This document shows, piece after piece, positions 31,951 to 42,397 of a DNA stretch of 64,000 bases. This DNA comes from a candidate division FCPU426 bacterium (lineage in GTDB: Bacteria; Oederibacteriota; Muellerivitia; Muellerivitales; Muellerivitaceae). The first letter of the stretch is position 1. Every line of letters begins with the position of its first letter. Under the pieces are notes generated by a model, which ran no database searches, was not told the DNA's origin, and saw nothing but the letters and a program-made list of their open reading frames with translations. Location: contig CAWHOE010000047.1 of the NCBI GenBank assembly GCA_963830915.1, positions 17,796 to 81,795 on the forward strand, in the 5' to 3' direction. The translations under genes were made by a program, and so were the position numbers.

Positions 31951-34152
31951 ATGAAAAACAAACCCTTTTTATCCGTCGTCCCCACGCCTTCCAGCCGGAC
32001 CCAGAACGATCCCGAAGCTTTCCCATCCCAAGTCCGTCAGCCTTGGGAATGGGCTTGTCTCGTGGCCATCCTTTTACTGGCGGCCGGTTTGCGCCTATGG
32101 GGTCTGGAAAAGAACGGATTCGGGAACCCCTACTACGCCTCCGCGGTACGCAGCATGCTGATGAGCTGGCATAACTTCTTCTTCGTCTCCTTCGATCCCA
32201 CCGGCTGGGTCACGGTGGACAAACCCCCGGTGGCCCTTTGGATCCAGGCGGCGTTCGCCAAGGTCCTGGGTTATAAGGCCTTCTCCCTCATCCTGCCCCA
32301 GGTCCTGGAAGGTCTGGGCTCCATCGCCCTGGTTCATCATTTGGTCCGGCGTCATTTCGACGCCTGGGCCGCCTTGATGGCCGGGCTGACCATGGCCCTC
32401 ACCCCCGTCTGTGTGGCGGTCGACCGCTACAACAACGTGGACGCCTGCCTGGTGCTGATGGTCCTCTTGGCCGCCTGGCTCTTTTCCATCGCCGTCGAAA
32501 CCTCCAACCGCTGGTACCTCATGGGCTCCATGGCCATGATGGGCGTGGCCTTCAACACCAAGATGATGGCGGCCTTCGTGGTCCTTCCCGCTTTCTATAT
32601 CGTCTACTGGTTCGGCGCCAAGGTTTCCTGGGGCAAGCGTCTGGCGCACCTTGTCGTGGCGTCCCTGGTCCTGGCGGTCGTGTCCCTCTCCTGGCCCCTG
32701 ACGGTGGACCTCACCGCTCCCGAAGACCGTCCCTTCGTGGGAAGCACCCAGGACAATTCCATGATCAGCCTTTCCCTGGGCTGGAACGGGTTCCAAAGAC
32801 TTCTTCGGGGCCGGGGGCGGGGCTTTCAAAGGCCGATGATGCCCCCGACCATTCCCGGCCAAGGGGTGACAGGTCAGCCGGCCCTTAGGGCAAACCAAAG
32901 ACCGGACCGCAACTCCCGGCCAACAAGCGCTCAAGCCTCTCTTCCTCCAGCCAACCCCAACGGGTTCGGTCCCAGGCCGAACGGAGGCCGGGGGGGACGG
33001 GGCGGAATGATGGGTTCGGGCGAGCCGGGCATTACCCGGCTGGCGGACAGGAACATGGCGGGACAGATGGCCTGGTTCCTTCCCCTTGCCTTGGTAGGCC
33101 TCTTTTTGACCTGGGGCCAACGGCCTACCCTTTGGCCCTTGTCCTCCATCCATCGGCCCCTTTTGTTATGGGCCTGTTGGTTCTTGCTCTACGCGGCGGT
33201 TTTCAGTTTCATGCGGGGCGCCATGCATCCCTATTACTTGGTCCTGCTTGCCCCGCCTCTGGCGGCCTTGTCCGGTATCGGCTTGAGGACCCTATGGTTG
33301 GAAACCCTCTCGGGTAACCCCGATCTCCTTTCCCTGACCCTTTTACTGACCTTTGTCTGGCAGGCCTTCATCGTCGCCCAATTCCCCGACTGGGCTGTTT
33401 TGTTGCTTCCCATCCTCCTCGGATGCGGGGCCGCGGTCGTGGTCACCCTGACCGTCCAAGCCAAAACCAGCTCCATTGGCAAGGTAATATTTTCGTTGGG
33501 AATTGTGATACTCTTCTTTTGCCCCTTCCTCTGGGCCCTCTCTCCGGTCCTGGGCAGCGGCACGGCGGTTGAGGCCAATCCGGACCTGTTAACCGGGGAT
33601 ACAGGTAGGTTTGACCGGGGCTTTGGCGCCAACAACAACATCACTCGGCTTTCCGAGTTCCTGAAAGCCAACCGTCATGGCGAGAAATACATCGTGGCGG
33701 CCCAGAACAGCCAGGCGGTAGCGCCCCTGATCATCCAAACCGGCGAGCCGGCCATCGCCCTGGGCGGGTTCATGGGAGGCGACCCGATCGTGACCGTTCA
33801 TGAGTTCGCCGAAATGGTGAAGGAAGGCCAGGTCCGCTACTTCCTTCTTCAGGGTAACGGCGGTCCGGGCCAATGGGGTCAACCCGGCGGTCAGCAAAGG
33901 CCCGGCGGAAACGGCGGTTTTGGGGGATTTAACAGGGGCGGCGCGCAGGCCGAGATCGCCCAATGGGTGCGTGACAACGGAGTGCCGGTCGATGCTAAAC
34001 TATGGCGGGTTGTGGACCCAAGGGAGACGGCTCAAGCACCCGTTCCCGGAGCCTTCGGCTTCAACCGCCGAGGCGCTCAACAGTTGTATGAATTGAAGAG
34101 TAGTAATAATCCGCTCCGGGGGAAAAAAACAAGGAGCAAGCTTACGGGCTGA
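31951..34152 (+). CDS. ArnT/PMT (GT39-like, YkcB-type) membrane glycosyltransferase
   Basis: GNPYYASAVRSM..WHNFFF..VDKPP, FNTKM, RPFVGS..NS, HPYY, GGFMGGDP. Confidence 0.9.
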   Translation: MKNKPFLSVVPTPSSRTQNDPEAFPSQVRQPWEWACLVAILLLAAGLRLWGLEKNGFGNPYYASAVRSMLMSWHNFFFVSFDPTGWVTVDKPPVALWIQAAFAKVLGYKAFSLILPQVLEGLGSIALVHHLVRRHFDAWAALMAGLTMALTPVCVAVDRYNNVDACLVLMVLLAAWLFSIAVETSNRWYLMGSMAMMGVAFNTKMMAAFVVLPAFYIVYWFGAKVSWGKRLAHLVVASLVLAVVSLSWPLTVDLTAPEDRPFVGSTQDNSMISLSLGWNGFQRLLRGRGRGFQRPMMPPTIPGQGVTGQPALRANQRPDRNSRPTSAQASLPPANPNGFGPRPNGGRGGRGGMMGSGEPGITRLADRNMAGQMAWFLPLALVGLFLTWGQRPTLWPLSSIHRPLLLWACWFLLYAAVFSFMRGAMHPYYLVLLAPPLAALSGIGLRTLWLETLSGNPDLLSLTLLLTFVWQAFIVAQFPDWAVLLLPILLGCGAAVVVTLTVQAKTSSIGKVIFSLGIVILFFCPFLWALSPVLGSGTAVEANPDLLTGDTGRFDRGFGANNNITRLSEFLKANRHGEKYIVAAQNSQAVAPLIIQTGEPAIALGGFMGGDPIVTVHEFAEMVKEGQVRYFLLQGNGGPGQWGQPGGQQRPGGNGGFGGFNRGGAQAEIAQWVRDNGVPVDAKLWRVVDPRETAQAPVPGAFGFNRRGAQQLYELKSSNNPLRGKKTRSKLTG

Positions 34153-34178
34153 ATAATTTCTTAAATTAAGGATTCGAT

Positions 34179-34910
34179 ATGAAAATCACGCTGGTTATTG
34201 GCTTCACTCTCTCCCTCATGGGATGTTCCCTGCTCCACGCGGAGGATGCCGCTCCCCTGGGGGATCAACCGGTCACCATCGTGAAGCCTCCCTCGATCAC
34301 CCTCAAAGAGAAAATATCCGACGGCGAGGGTTACAAAACACCCCGCCCACCCAAAAGAAACTTCGACGAAAAGTCATTGGACCTGGTGAACGATGAGGAC
34401 CATTCCCCCAAGGGAGAACCCATTCTCAACCTGTCCGATCCGGCCATTTTCTCCCAGATCCAATCCATCGACAAAACCGAACATATCTCCGGAAAGCATC
34501 ACTGGCACAAATTCAACGCCTGGGATTATTGCCACTTCTATGAGGGCGGCAAGAACTGGTACGGCTGGCGTACAGGCGAGACTTTCCATTGGGTCCTTTA
34601 TTTCAACAACCACCTTTGGTGGCACGATCCCTTCGCCGAGCGCTGGCTGTATTTCTACAAGGGTTACTGGTGGTGGCAGGGCGGCAAGGACCTTCAGGAC
34701 ACCCAGGTCTATCTGGAAGATGGGCATTATCACGTCTGCGCGCCCGACGGGGTCTTGGGCGAGGACCTTTGGACCAACGGGAAAAAGGATGTCGTGACCG
34801 AGCCTTTCAAGAAAGAACCGACCCGCGAGCCCCTCACCGACTCTCCCGGCCATGACGGCCACGGAACTGGCTTGGGCGGCGGGCTGAATAGTAATCGCTT
34901 CGGGAATTAA
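34179..34910 (+). CDS. Exported Trp/Tyr-rich hypothetical protein
   Basis: Signal peptide; aromatic-rich repeat region. Confidence 0.65.
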   Translation: MKITLVIGFTLSLMGCSLLHAEDAAPLGDQPVTIVKPPSITLKEKISDGEGYKTPRPPKRNFDEKSLDLVNDEDHSPKGEPILNLSDPAIFSQIQSIDKTEHISGKHHWHKFNAWDYCHFYEGGKNWYGWRTGETFHWVLYFNNHLWWHDPFAERWLYFYKGYWWWQGGKDLQDTQVYLEDGHYHVCAPDGVLGEDLWTNGKKDVVTEPFKKEPTREPLTDSPGHDGHGTGLGGGLNSNRFGN

Positions 34911-34930
34911 GGCTGGACGGAGGTACGGGC

Positions 34931-35263
34931 ATGAAGATCAATAACAGCAATTTCTTGAAGAATTTCGGTCCCACCCCGGAACAACTGCAAAAGGCCCTGC
35001 AAGCCGACCAAGCCGCGAAGAACCTTCGGGGCGAATCCATCATGGCGGATAAACTGAAGAAATACAGTGAACTGACCGATATCGCCGCCCGCAAGGTCAT
35101 CCAAGAAGGCCCGGAAGGGGTCCGGGATGAAAAGGAAGCGCCTCCGAAGGAATTCGGCAAAAAGAAGGACCGGAACGGAACCGATCAAGAAAGTTCGGGT
35201 CCGGACGACGAGGATTTTCCTCCCCCTCCCCCCGGCACCTCCCGTATCGACATCAGGGTTTAA
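34931..35263 (+). CDS. Hypothetical protein (C-terminal RIDIRV)
   Basis: GGAGG RBS; 110 aa. Confidence 0.65.
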   Translation: MKINNSNFLKNFGPTPEQLQKALQADQAAKNLRGESIMADKLKKYSELTDIAARKVIQEGPEGVRDEKEAPPKEFGKKKDRNGTDQESSGPDDEDFPPPPPGTSRIDIRV

Positions 35264-35410
35264 ACCTTCTATATCTTAAATGAGCTTATCCCTTTTCCAT
35301 GGATGGGCCAGGCCAACCCTTTAATAATTCGAGCCTTTTCAGGCGTTTTTTCGGCTTCAGAAAACCTCAAAAGTGCCGTTAGGGTAACCAAGAAAGACGG
35401 AGGTTAACCC

Positions 35411-35899
35411 ATGATCAGCGGCACCAATCCCATCAGTAACAACAATTCCCTTTTATCCAACAGCAGTACCGATTCCTTGTTGAGCGCTTTGGGTGGGTCA
35501 ACGAGTTTCGATTCCATCTTCACCCAGGCCATGAACCAGGCCAAAACCCCCGCCGCGAAGATGCAGGACGCCCTGTTGGAAGTTCAATACAACGACTTGA
35601 ACGCCCTTTACAACGCGGTCTCGGGTGATAGTTCGGACGATTCTTCCGATCCGCTCCTGAGTTCCTCCACCGATTCGCTGGCCCTGGACCTGGGTTCGGT
35701 TTCTTCGCAGGTGAGCCAGCTGGAGCAGGAATTGGGAATAACCCCCTCGACCTCCGGCACCTCGTCCTCTTCCAGCGCCTCTTCCGCTTCCAATATGAAC
35801 GCGGCCTTGGGGTTGCAGGCCCAAATGCTCTTGAACAACGACCTGGCCAACTTCGGGTCGTCTTCGGACTCTAGTTCAGGGATCGACTCATTGGTGTAA
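35411..35899 (+). CDS. Ser-rich hypothetical protein (C-terminal GIDSLV)
   Basis: GGAGG RBS; terminator downstream. Confidence 0.65.
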   Translation: MISGTNPISNNNSLLSNSSTDSLLSALGGSTSFDSIFTQAMNQAKTPAAKMQDALLEVQYNDLNALYNAVSGDSSDDSSDPLLSSSTDSLALDLGSVSSQVSQLEQELGITPSTSGTSSSSSASSASNMNAALGLQAQMLLNNDLANFGSSSDSSSGIDSLV

Positions 35900-35914
35900 A
35901 ACTTCTAAGGGAAT

Positions 35915-35966
35915 AAAAGGCGCGCGATCCGGATGAAGCCATCAGGGTCCGCGCCTTTTTTATTTT
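35915..35966 (+). terminator. Intrinsic terminator (probably bidirectional)
   Basis: aaaaggcgcg...cgcgcctttt stem plus T run. Confidence 0.65.
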
Positions 35967-36089
35967 CTGTTTTTTTTGAAAGTCTTTGAAAGGAGCAACC
36001 CCCGGTTTTCGATCATTTGTTATCGATCAAACCCGCCAAGGGTCGCTAGCGTACAGGCTGTCTTTATTTATTTTCGCTAACCAGGCTGG

Positions 36090-36689
36090 TTACAAACCCA
36101 CCCAAAGCCCAGCCACGATCGGCACGTCCCCCAGGGTGACATCCTGGGTGAGGGTCAGGTTGTACCTGGCCTCCAAGAAAAGGTGGCTTTTGCCGCCCAG
36201 GTCCAACTGCGCCCCAACACCCGCCAAAGCGTCGGCGTTCGTGGTGGATTCCCCGCTCGGGCTTCCGTATTGCAAGGCAAACCCCGGACCGGCCAGGAGG
36301 TAAGGCTGCCATCCCTGCCCCTCAAAGGTATATTTCACTTCCAGCAGGAACCGAGGGTTGGTGTCCGAAAAGCCGCCACCCGTGAAAATCCACTGGTCGG
36401 CTTCGCCCCTCAGGGAAAGGTTCTTGTCCAGCTTGTAGCCGATGAACTCCACCCCTCCGCCGCCCACCTGGTAATTCGGATCCCAGTTGGAATCGGCTAG
36501 ATCCGGCCCAGTCCCGAACCCGATGGACCAGGGGCTTTCTTCCATATCCGGAGCGGCCGTTGTTTCACTGCCGGTATCCACGGTTTTCGCGGCTTTCGGC
36601 CTTTTGCTGGAGGCGTAAAGGGTGTCGGCCCAGGCGCCCGCGGAAATGAATAAGCTGATGGCTAAACAACCAAGGATGACTTTTTTCAT
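36090..36689 (-). CDS. Outer-membrane beta-barrel protein (OmpA/OmpW-like)
   Basis: Signal peptide; amphipathic strands WQPYLLAGPG and LFLEARY. Confidence 0.75.
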   Translation of the reverse strand: MKKVILGCLAISLFISAGAWADTLYASSKRPKAAKTVDTGSETTAAPDMEESPWSIGFGTGPDLADSNWDPNYQVGGGGVEFIGYKLDKNLSLRGEADQWIFTGGGFSDTNPRFLLEVKYTFEGQGWQPYLLAGPGFALQYGSPSGESTTNADALAGVGAQLDLGGKSHLFLEARYNLTLTQDVTLGDVPIVAGLWVGL

Positions 36690-37777
36690 CAGGGCGTCTC
36701 CCACACATCGCTGTTATCATATGAGAGGCTTGTTCCGGCTATGACCCACATTTCGTTATTGAACGCCAAAGAGGTGAAACTATCCCTCGGCGAGAAAGCC
36801 GCGTCAGTGGCGGCTTTGGTCCAGGTCGAACCATTGCTGGAATACCACACGTCGTTGTAATAATCCGTCCCATTGGTCCCGCCGATGACCCACATGAGGT
36901 TGTCATACACAACCGCGCTGAAAGCATAGCGCTGGCTGAATTGGTTGGGCCCGGGTGTGGAAGTATTGGCCAGGACTTTGGTCCAAACCTTTCCATCCGA
37001 TGAGGACCAAACATCGTTAAAGAAGTTACTATAAATTCCACCGATGACCCACATTTGATTGTTGTATACCAAGCAACCCTGGGCGTTGCGCTGGCTGAAT
37101 TGGGTCGATCCCGGCGAATTATTGTTGGCCAATACCTGGGTCCATGTCACCCCGTTGCTCGAACTCCATACGTCGTTTGTATGACCGGTAGAAGAACCGT
37201 AACCCCCAATGACCCACATTTCATTATTGAATACCAGGGAGGCGTGGCCCTGGCGGCGGCTGAACTGTGTGGCTCCCGGGGACCCAGTATCGTTGAGAAC
37301 CTGGGTCCAGGTCGCGCCGTCGGGCGAGGACCAAACATCGTTCAAGTAACCCCCGGAATTTTCCCCGCCAATGACCCACATTTGGTTATTGAACACTACG
37401 GAAGAGTGGGTTAATCGTTCGGTAAATTGCGTGCTCGGCGGCGTGGAATTGTCGGTGACCGCCGCGGTCCAATTCACGCCATCCCGTGAATACCACACGT
37501 CGTTTAAAGCATAGGTTGAAATGGTTTCCCCGCCGATCACCCACATTAGGTTGTCGAATGTCACGGACGAATGCCCGTCACGGGCGATAAAAGGAGAATA
37601 GGCCGATGTCTGAAACCAGAACTTGCCCGCGTTAGGATTGGGCGTTGGGGCGGCTTGCGCGGCCGGCGCGGTGACGGCATTTGAGAGATTTTTACCGCAG
37701 GCGATGGGCAACGCCATCACGCCCAATGCCAAGAACGCCAATAAGGAAAACCCGGAATAACTTCCGAAACTTCTCAT
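36689..37777 (-). CDS. Kelch-like beta-propeller lipoprotein
   Basis: Lipobox IAC; six repeats of FS.R..H.S.VF.N.MWVIGG..NDVW.S.DG..W. Confidence 0.85.
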   Translation of the reverse strand: MRSFGSYSGFSLLAFLALGVMALPIACGKNLSNAVTAPAAQAAPTPNPNAGKFWFQTSAYSPFIARDGHSSVTFDNLMWVIGGETISTYALNDVWYSRDGVNWTAAVTDNSTPPSTQFTERLTHSSVVFNNQMWVIGGENSGGYLNDVWSSPDGATWTQVLNDTGSPGATQFSRRQGHASLVFNNEMWVIGGYGSSTGHTNDVWSSSNGVTWTQVLANNNSPGSTQFSQRNAQGCLVYNNQMWVIGGIYSNFFNDVWSSSDGKVWTKVLANTSTPGPNQFSQRYAFSAVVYDNLMWVIGGTNGTDYYNDVWYSSNGSTWTKAATDAAFSPRDSFTSLAFNNEMWVIAGTSLSYDNSDVWETP

Positions 37778-38138
37778 ACATGCTCCTTTTGAATAATGTT
37801 TTTCATAACCGCGCAACAACCACATAACCAAATCTTTTCCGCCGTTTCTCTTGTCGACCCATTCTTAAAGCCCTTAATGTTGGCGGAATTTTACAACCAA
37901 CATTTGGGAACTCAAGTTACTTTTACGTAACTCTAAGATTTGAAGAATGGGTTTATCGAGAAAGAACTAAATTTCGATCAGGGAAAACGAACTAACAAAA
38001 TGCCAAAAGTAAATGATGGAACAAGATTACATTTTGATTTTTATTTTTTTCTCTGAGGTGAGCGGTTTTTTTCTTTAGGTGTTTTTTTTTAGCCGATTTA
38101 ACCTCGGTTTTGCCGTAACTAGAAGGTTATCTTTTCGC

Positions 38139-38332
38139 TGTGCCGATTCTCCAAAATAATAGATGCATAAGAAATCGGTACTATACCGACTTCCTTAAAA
38201 GCTTTATTGAAAGGTCCCTTGCGTTGAGGCTTCAAGCCGAAACGCTCGATTTAGTTGTGCCGGGCCCATAGATAAATAGGCCCGGCCATGGCATGTGCCG
38301 ATTCTCCAAAATAATAGATGTATAAGAAATCG
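38139..38332. repeat. Three TGTGCCG-initiated hairpins, including a 39-bp direct repeat
   Basis: 38139-38177 and 38294-38332 differ at one base; gccgggcc/ggcccggc hairpin at 38259-38286. Confidence 0.85.
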
Positions 38333-38369
38333 AAGAAGTAATCCGGGAATTCTCCCCACAAAACCCGTC

Positions 38370-38404
38370 AAAAAAAATTAGCCGGGCGGAAACCGCCCGG
38401 CTAA
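38370..38404 (-). terminator. Intrinsic terminator of the msrAB-dipZ operon
   Basis: Perfect 12-bp stem ttagccgggcgg/ccgcccggctaa with a T run on the minus strand. Confidence 0.8.
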
Positions 38405-38425
38405 AGGGTCTCAACTCCGATCTTT

Positions 38426-38665
38426 TTACTTGGCCATCGGCGTCGGGTCCATGGGTTTGGACATTTCCATATTCCCGCCCATGTCCTTTTTCATCGCCTT
38501 CTTCTTTTTCATCTTCTTCATTTTCTTCTTCATCATCATCGCCCCAGGCGTGCTGGCAGGGGCCATGGCGTTGGGGGTGGCCGCCATCATGGCTTCATCC
38601 GCCCAAACCAACCCGTTCAATCCCAAAAACATCGCGGCCAACGACACAACCAATATCCTCTTCAT
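38426..38665 (-). CDS. Small exported Met/Lys-rich protein
   Basis: AGGAGG RBS, signal peptide, mature part rich in Met. Confidence 0.75.
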   Translation of the reverse strand: MKRILVVSLAAMFLGLNGLVWADEAMMAATPNAMAPASTPGAMMMKKKMKKMKKKKAMKKDMGGNMEMSKPMDPTPMAK

Positions 38666-38742
38666 GAAAAACCTCCTTGAATTTAATGTTGAACAACCGC
38701 TACTCCCATGGACCCTGGGGCCCACGGCCTCCCCGAACCCGT

Positions 38743-40473
38743 TCAGCCGAAAGTAAAGGCGTAAACAGAAGTCCCAGGGTCGTCGAACTCGATACGCAGG
38801 CGGTGGGAACCGGGTTTTCCTTTCAAATCCGCCAGGTTGTACAGCCGATGGGTGTCCAGCGTGACCTTCCCGTCACTCACATCCGCCCCGCCATTCCCGC
38901 CCAGGGGTTTGCCGTCAAGAAAAAGGGAAAGATGGTCCCCCTTGTTCGCCGGACCGATCACCAGGTAGACCTTGTCCGCCGTGAATTGGATCTCCAGGGC
39001 CGACCCTTGGTCCGGCTTGGCCGCCTCATCGCTCAAGGTCCAGGCTCCCTCATAGGCGATCTGGTGGGCCGGAAGGGCCGCCGGGAGGGTATAGACCTTT
39101 TTCCCGGCCGCTGGCTTTTGTGGGGAGGCGAAACGCTCCAGACGGTCCAAACCCAGATAGGATTCGGGCGTCTGGTCGTAGGTCTCGGCGGGGGCCTGCG
39201 CCAGGGCGGCGGCCCCATCCACGGGGTGGCCAGCCTCGGCCAGAAGCTGGCGTATGGCTGCGTCCATTTCCTCGTAATGGCCCTCGCCGAAATGGGCCAG
39301 GCGGATATGCCCCTTGGCGTCGATCAGGTACTCGGCGGGCCAGTACATGTTCTGGTAGGCGGCCCAGGTCTTGAAATCATTGTCCTGGGGGACCGGGTAG
39401 GTGATGTCGAACTGTTTCAATGCCTTTTGGACGTTGGCCGTTTCCTTCTCGAAGGCGAATTCCGGCGCGTGCACGCCGATGAGGACGAAATGGTCCGGGC
39501 CGTACTTTTCATACCAAGCCTTCGTGTTAGGCAGGGTCCTGAGGCAATTGACGCAGCTGTAGGTCCAAAAATCCACCAGGACCACTTTGCCCCTCAGGCC
39601 AGCCAGGGTCAAAGGCGGGCTGTTGAGCCAGTTCGTGATGCCGGTAAATTCCGGCGCGGGCCCCAAGTCAGCGAGCTGGCCTCCCATCGCGATGGTTTCC
39701 TGGCGGGCCTTGGTTCCCCGGAGGGCGTCCAGCTGTTGGCTGACGATCTGGTTGTTTTCAACCCCCTCCACCAGGTTCCCATAGGAAGGAAAGGCCTCCA
39801 GGATCTTCAGTTGGATGGTCTTGTCGTAATTGGTGTAGATCAGAAGCGCCACGGCGATCATGACGACGCCGAAGGCCTGCTGGATGAGCCCCGTATATTG
39901 ATTCACCTGCCGCATTTTAGCGAAGAGGACCGAGCCGCCCAGGGATACCAGGAAGAGCGGTATCCCCAGCCCTACCGAGTAGGCCAGGGTCACCAGGACC
40001 ACCTGAAAGCTGACCGATTGGGCGGCGGCCAGGGTGGCGATGGTGGCCAGGATCGGGCCCGCGCAGGGCGCCCAGACCAGGCCGATGGAAAAACCCGCCA
40101 CATAACCGGCGCCGAACCCCGTGCCTTCGCCCTTCCCTTGCAGGCGGTTTTGAAGGGGCCGAAGGACGTTGTTGATCCAGGTCTCGAACCTCGCGCCCAA
40201 GGACGGGAATAAAAGCGCCACTCCCAGCAGGCCGATGATGATGACCGCCGCCAGGCGGAAAACATTGGCGTCGATGTGCAGGAAACGCTCCAGGTAGGAA
40301 ACGAACAGGGTGAAGAGCGTAAAACTGGTCATCACGCCTAGCGTCAAACCGAAGGGTTTTCTTTTTCCCCCGGTGGAGGAAACCGAAAGGACCAGGGGCA
40401 GGAGCGGCCAGATACAAGGCGCCAGGATGGTGGCGAAACCAGCCAGAAAGCTGAAGAAGAGAAGAAATATCAT
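38743..40473 (-). CDS. dipZ: DipZ-type CcdA-thioredoxin fusion
   Basis: LAPCIWPLLP, WAPCAGPIL, DFWTYSCVNC, GVHAPEFAFE, TPESYLG, YAFTFG. Confidence 0.92.
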   Translation of the reverse strand: MIFLLFFSFLAGFATILAPCIWPLLPLVLSVSSTGGKRKPFGLTLGVMTSFTLFTLFVSYLERFLHIDANVFRLAAVIIIGLLGVALLFPSLGARFETWINNVLRPLQNRLQGKGEGTGFGAGYVAGFSIGLVWAPCAGPILATIATLAAAQSVSFQVVLVTLAYSVGLGIPLFLVSLGGSVLFAKMRQVNQYTGLIQQAFGVVMIAVALLIYTNYDKTIQLKILEAFPSYGNLVEGVENNQIVSQQLDALRGTKARQETIAMGGQLADLGPAPEFTGITNWLNSPPLTLAGLRGKVVLVDFWTYSCVNCLRTLPNTKAWYEKYGPDHFVLIGVHAPEFAFEKETANVQKALKQFDITYPVPQDNDFKTWAAYQNMYWPAEYLIDAKGHIRLAHFGEGHYEEMDAAIRQLLAEAGHPVDGAAALAQAPAETYDQTPESYLGLDRLERFASPQKPAAGKKVYTLPAALPAHQIAYEGAWTLSDEAAKPDQGSALEIQFTADKVYLVIGPANKGDHLSLFLDGKPLGGNGGADVSDGKVTLDTHRLYNLADLKGKPGSHRLRIEFDDPGTSVYAFTFG

Positions 40474-40530
40474 GGTAAGACCCTTTCTTATTTACGGAAG
40501 ATAACTACTGTCGGCCAAGCGCCCAGGCGC

Positions 40531-41598
40531 TCACTTCTCGAAAAGCTTTTTATATTTACCGTAACCTTCTTTTTCCAGATCCTCTTTGGGGATGAACCTC
40601 AAGGACGCGGAGTTCATGCAGTAACGCAGGCCCGTGGGGGCCGGCCCGTCATCGAACACATGCCCCAGGTGAGAATCGGCGTGCTTGCTCCTCACCTCGG
40701 TCCTTACCTCAAAAAAAGAGCTGTCTTTCTTTTCCACCACATTGTCCGGTTCCAAGGGCCGGGTAAAGCTGGGCCAGCCCGTCCCGGAATCGAACTTATC
40801 CTTGGAGCTGAATAGCGGTTCCCCGGAAACGATATCCACGTAGATCCCTTCCTGATGGTTGTCCCAATACTCGTTCTTGAAGGGTGTTTCCGTGCCGCTT
40901 TCCTGGGTCACCTCGTACTGCAGGCTGGTCAGGCGCTTTTTGATCTCGTCCTGGCTTGGCTTCTTATAGGAAGATTCGCCCTTGTCATCGCTAAGGGCCG
41001 GCGAGTCGCCCCAGACGCCCTGGATATACTCGTCACGGCCAGCGTGGGACCGGTAGGAATAATAATCCTCGGGGTTCTTCTTGTAGTAATCCTGGTGGTA
41101 ATCCTCGGCTTTGTAAAAGGTCGAGGCCTTGAGGATCTCCACCACGATCGGCTTGTCGAATTTCCCCGACTTCGCCAGCTTTTCCATCGACCTCTCCGCC
41201 GCTTGTTTTTGTTCCTCATCGGCGTAAAAGATCACGGGCCGGTACTGGTGGCCCCGGTCCACGAATTGACCGCCGTCATCTGTCGGATCGATCTGCCTCC
41301 AATAGACGTCCAGAAGCTCCGAATAACTGATCACGGAAGGGTCATAAACGACCTGGACCACTTCCGCGTGTCCCTTTTCCTTATAATCCTCATAGGTGGG
41401 GTTCTCGCCCTGGCCGCCCATATAACCAGCCAGCACTTCCTTCACCCCCTTGAGCTTTTCAAAGGGAGGGGTCATGCACCAGAAACAGCCGCCCGCGAAG
41501 ACCGCTTTCTCGTATTTACCCTCGTCGGCAAAGGCCATCGCGCCAGTCAGGATAAAGACCAGGAAAAACGATGATAAGAAAGGTATGTAACTTTTCAT
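40531..41598 (-). CDS. msrAB: Exported peptide methionine sulfoxide reductase MsrA/MsrB
   Basis: Signal peptide; [36 protein letters not shown]. Confidence 0.96.
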   Translation of the reverse strand: MKSYIPFLSSFFLVFILTGAMAFADEGKYEKAVFAGGCFWCMTPPFEKLKGVKEVLAGYMGGQGENPTYEDYKEKGHAEVVQVVYDPSVISYSELLDVYWRQIDPTDDGGQFVDRGHQYRPVIFYADEEQKQAAERSMEKLAKSGKFDKPIVVEILKASTFYKAEDYHQDYYKKNPEDYYSYRSHAGRDEYIQGVWGDSPALSDDKGESSYKKPSQDEIKKRLTSLQYEVTQESGTETPFKNEYWDNHQEGIYVDIVSGEPLFSSKDKFDSGTGWPSFTRPLEPDNVVEKKDSSFFEVRTEVRSKHADSHLGHVFDDGPAPTGLRYCMNSASLRFIPKEDLEKEGYGKYKKLFEK

Positions 41599-41695
41599 TT
41601 TCGAGACTCCTTCCCGCTAGAAACCTTTCGTTTCCCCCGGGTTATTTGATGAACAAGAGAGCGATCCTGGGATCGCCCCTTCTTTGTTTCGGATT

Positions 41696-41722
41696 AGTCG
41701 TTGGACCCCCCGAATCCTTACA
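41696..41722 (-). promoter_or_regulatory. Candidate ECF-sigma promoter for msrAB
   Basis: TGTAAG-16 nt-CGACT upstream of msrAB, divergent from an ECF sigma gene (inference). Confidence 0.4.
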
Positions 41723-41812
41723 GGCCGGTTAACCTTTTTTTCTTCCGTCCATGACCCTGCCTTTACCAGCGGTTGCCTATAAAAAACCGGGCCTTTCTGC
41801 TAGATTTGAGCC

Positions 41813-42397
41813 ATGCTTTCAACCCCTGAAAACTGGATCGATCTCCACGGCGATATCCTTTACCGTTACGCCTTGTCCCGGGTGGGCAAGCCGGAAATCG
41901 CGGAGGACCTGGTGCAGGAGGCCCTGCTGGCGGCCCTGCAAAACGCCAAAAGCTTTTTAGGGGGGTCCTCGGAGAGGACCTGGCTGATCAGCATCCTGAA
42001 GCGCAAGATCATCGACCATTTCCGTAAAACGGGCCGGGAAAAGCCCCTCTCCGGGTCGGAGGAAGCGCGCTTGTCCTATGAAGACGGCGGTTATTTCGAT
42101 GAGACAGGGCATTGGAAAAACATCCAGGAATGGGGTTCCCTGCCCTCGGATATCCTTGAGGACAAGGAGTTTTGGCGGGTCTTGAGCGGTTGTTTGGACA
42201 AACTGCCCCTGCGTATGCGCCAGGTCTTTCTACTGAGCGAGCAGGACGGCCTGAAGGGCAAGGAAGTTTGTAAGGTTTTGGGCCTGAGCCCGTCTAACTT
42301 ATGGGTATTACTGCACAGGGCCAAGAACGGCTTGCGGCAATGCCTGGAAACCAACTGGTTCGATTTCTTGACGGTTCATAAAGAGCGCAAATCATGA
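41813..42397 (+). CDS. ECF sigma factor (TIGR02943-like)
   Basis: AEDLVQEALL, RTWLISILKRKIIDHFR, FDETGHW, SNLWVLLHRAK..LRQCLE. Confidence 0.9.
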   Translation: MLSTPENWIDLHGDILYRYALSRVGKPEIAEDLVQEALLAALQNAKSFLGGSSERTWLISILKRKIIDHFRKTGREKPLSGSEEARLSYEDGGYFDETGHWKNIQEWGSLPSDILEDKEFWRVLSGCLDKLPLRMRQVFLLSEQDGLKGKEVCKVLGLSPSNLWVLLHRAKNGLRQCLETNWFDFLTVHKERKS

